Assembly (NCBI GenBank): GCA_046583355.1
Contig: JAYGCM010000055.1
Span: forward strand, 1 to 35,343
DNA: 35,343 nucleotides
Direction of reading: 5' to 3'
From: Deltaproteobacteria bacterium
GTDB lineage: Bacteria > Desulfobacterota > Binatia > UBA12015
This document shows, piece after piece, positions 34,397-35,343 of this stretch. A model generated the notes under the pieces. That model made no database searches, was not told the DNA's origin, and was given only the letters and a program-made list of their open reading frames with translations. The position numbers were made by a program, and so were the translations under genes. Each line of letters starts with the position of its first letter. Positions within the stretch are counted from its first letter, which is position 1.

Positions 34397-35343
34397 ATGG
34401 CCGTCCAAGTAAAAGTCCCCGCCCTCGGGGAGTCCGTCACGGAAGCCGTCCTGGGCACCTGGCTCGCCAAAGAAGGCGACGCGGTTGCGCTGGATCAGGC
34501 GATCTTCGAACTCGAGAGCGACAAGGCCAATATGGAGATCGCCGCCGAAGTCGCGGGCACCCTCAAAATCCTGAAAGCCGAAGGCGATCTGGTCGCCGAG
34601 GGCGATGTGGTGGCCGAGATCGACCCGACGGGCGCGGCCAAAGCCACGCCTGCGGCGAAATCTGCAGGCGCGCAGGGGGCGGCTTCGCCGGATAAAAGCG
34701 CGGCGCCGACCAGCGGTGACGGCGAGCCTTTCCTCTCCCCGGCGGTGCGCCGCATCGTGGCAGAGAAAAATCTCGATCCGAAGACGCTATCCGCCGGTGG
34801 TCCCGGCGGGCGCATCACCAAGGCCGATGCTCTGGCCGGGGCAAGCGCGCCTGCGGCCCCAGCGCCGGCGGCCACCGTCCGCGCAAAGCCGGCCGCGAAA
34901 CCTGCCGTCGCCATCAGCCGAGGAGACCGCGGCGAGCGCCGCGTACGCATGAGTCGGATGCGCCAACTCATCGCGCGCCGCCTCGTTGATGTGCAACGCA
35001 CGGCCGCGATCCTGACGACCTTCAACGAGGTCGACATGTCCGCAGTCATGGCGCTGCGCTCCCAACACAAGGAAGCGTTCAGCAAGAAGCACGACACCAA
35101 GCTCGGTTTCATGAGCTTCTTCGTAACGGCCGCCGCCAACGCTTTGCTGGAGTTCCGAGCGGTCAATGGCGCCATCTCCGGCGACGACGTCGTCTACCAC
35201 AACTACTGCGATATCGGCGTCGCGGTGGGGGGCGGCAAGGGGCTCGTCGTCCCCGTGCTCCGGAGCGCCGAAGCGATGTCATTCGCAGAGGTGGAGCGGA
35301 CCATCCGTGACTTTGGCGCTCGAGCGAGGACCGGCAAGATCCG
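34397..35343 (+). CDS. sucB: Dihydrolipoyllysine-residue succinyltransferase (E2), 3'-truncated by the window edge
   Basis: Manually translated from ATG 34397: MAVQVKVPALGESVTE..ESDKA (lipoyl Lys), LSPAVRRI..GPGGRITKAD (E3-binding), MSRMRQLIARRL, LTTFNEVDM, KLGFMSFF. Confidence 0.95.
   Translation, partial: MAVQVKVPALGESVTEAVLGTWLAKEGDAVALDQAIFELESDKANMEIAAEVAGTLKILKAEGDLVAEGDVVAEIDPTGAAKATPAAKSAGAQGAASPDKSAAPTSGDGEPFLSPAVRRIVAEKNLDPKTLSAGGPGGRITKADALAGASAPAAPAPAATVRAKPAAKPAVAISRGDRGERRVRMSRMRQLIARRLVDVQRTAAILTTFNEVDMSAVMALRSQHKEAFSKKHDTKLGFMSFFVTAAANALLEFRAVNGAISGDDVVYHNYCDIGVAVGGGKGLVVPVLRSAEAMSFAEVERTIRDFGARARTGKI

Overview
High-GC bacterial chromosomal window from a diderm organism (it carries tamA/tamB). 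No rRNA, tRNA, CRISPR array or transposase is visible. Left part (1-15.5 kb): a Rieske ferredoxin, small hypothetical proteins, a degenerate GNAT and a SAM methyltransferase. It also holds several secreted proteins with no obvious anchor: a metzincin with thrombospondin-3 repeats, a CSLREA/anchor-Q beta-helix protein, a CX5CH cytochrome c fusion and an 8x Ig-like repeat protein. A minus-strand trio encodes a DedA/VTT protein, a PIG-L deacetylase and an unusual lipoprotein fusing legumain/Gpi8-like (C13) protease, PDZ and TlpA thioredoxin domains. A non-canonical Thr-type sulfatase-family protein follows. Right part (15.5-31.4 kb, minus strand): tamA-tamB run directly into a tightly coupled respiratory operon. 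It comprises ctaC (with a cyt c domain), ctaD, ctaE, a subunit IV-like protein, diheme qcrC, qcrA and qcrB (with a cyt c domain), followed by a CtaG/4Fe-4S membrane-ferredoxin fusion and a YtkA-like protein. A ~185-nt highly structured palindromic element sits inside this operon. Divergent sucA and a truncated sucB end the window. All calls come from motif recognition by eye; no searches were run.
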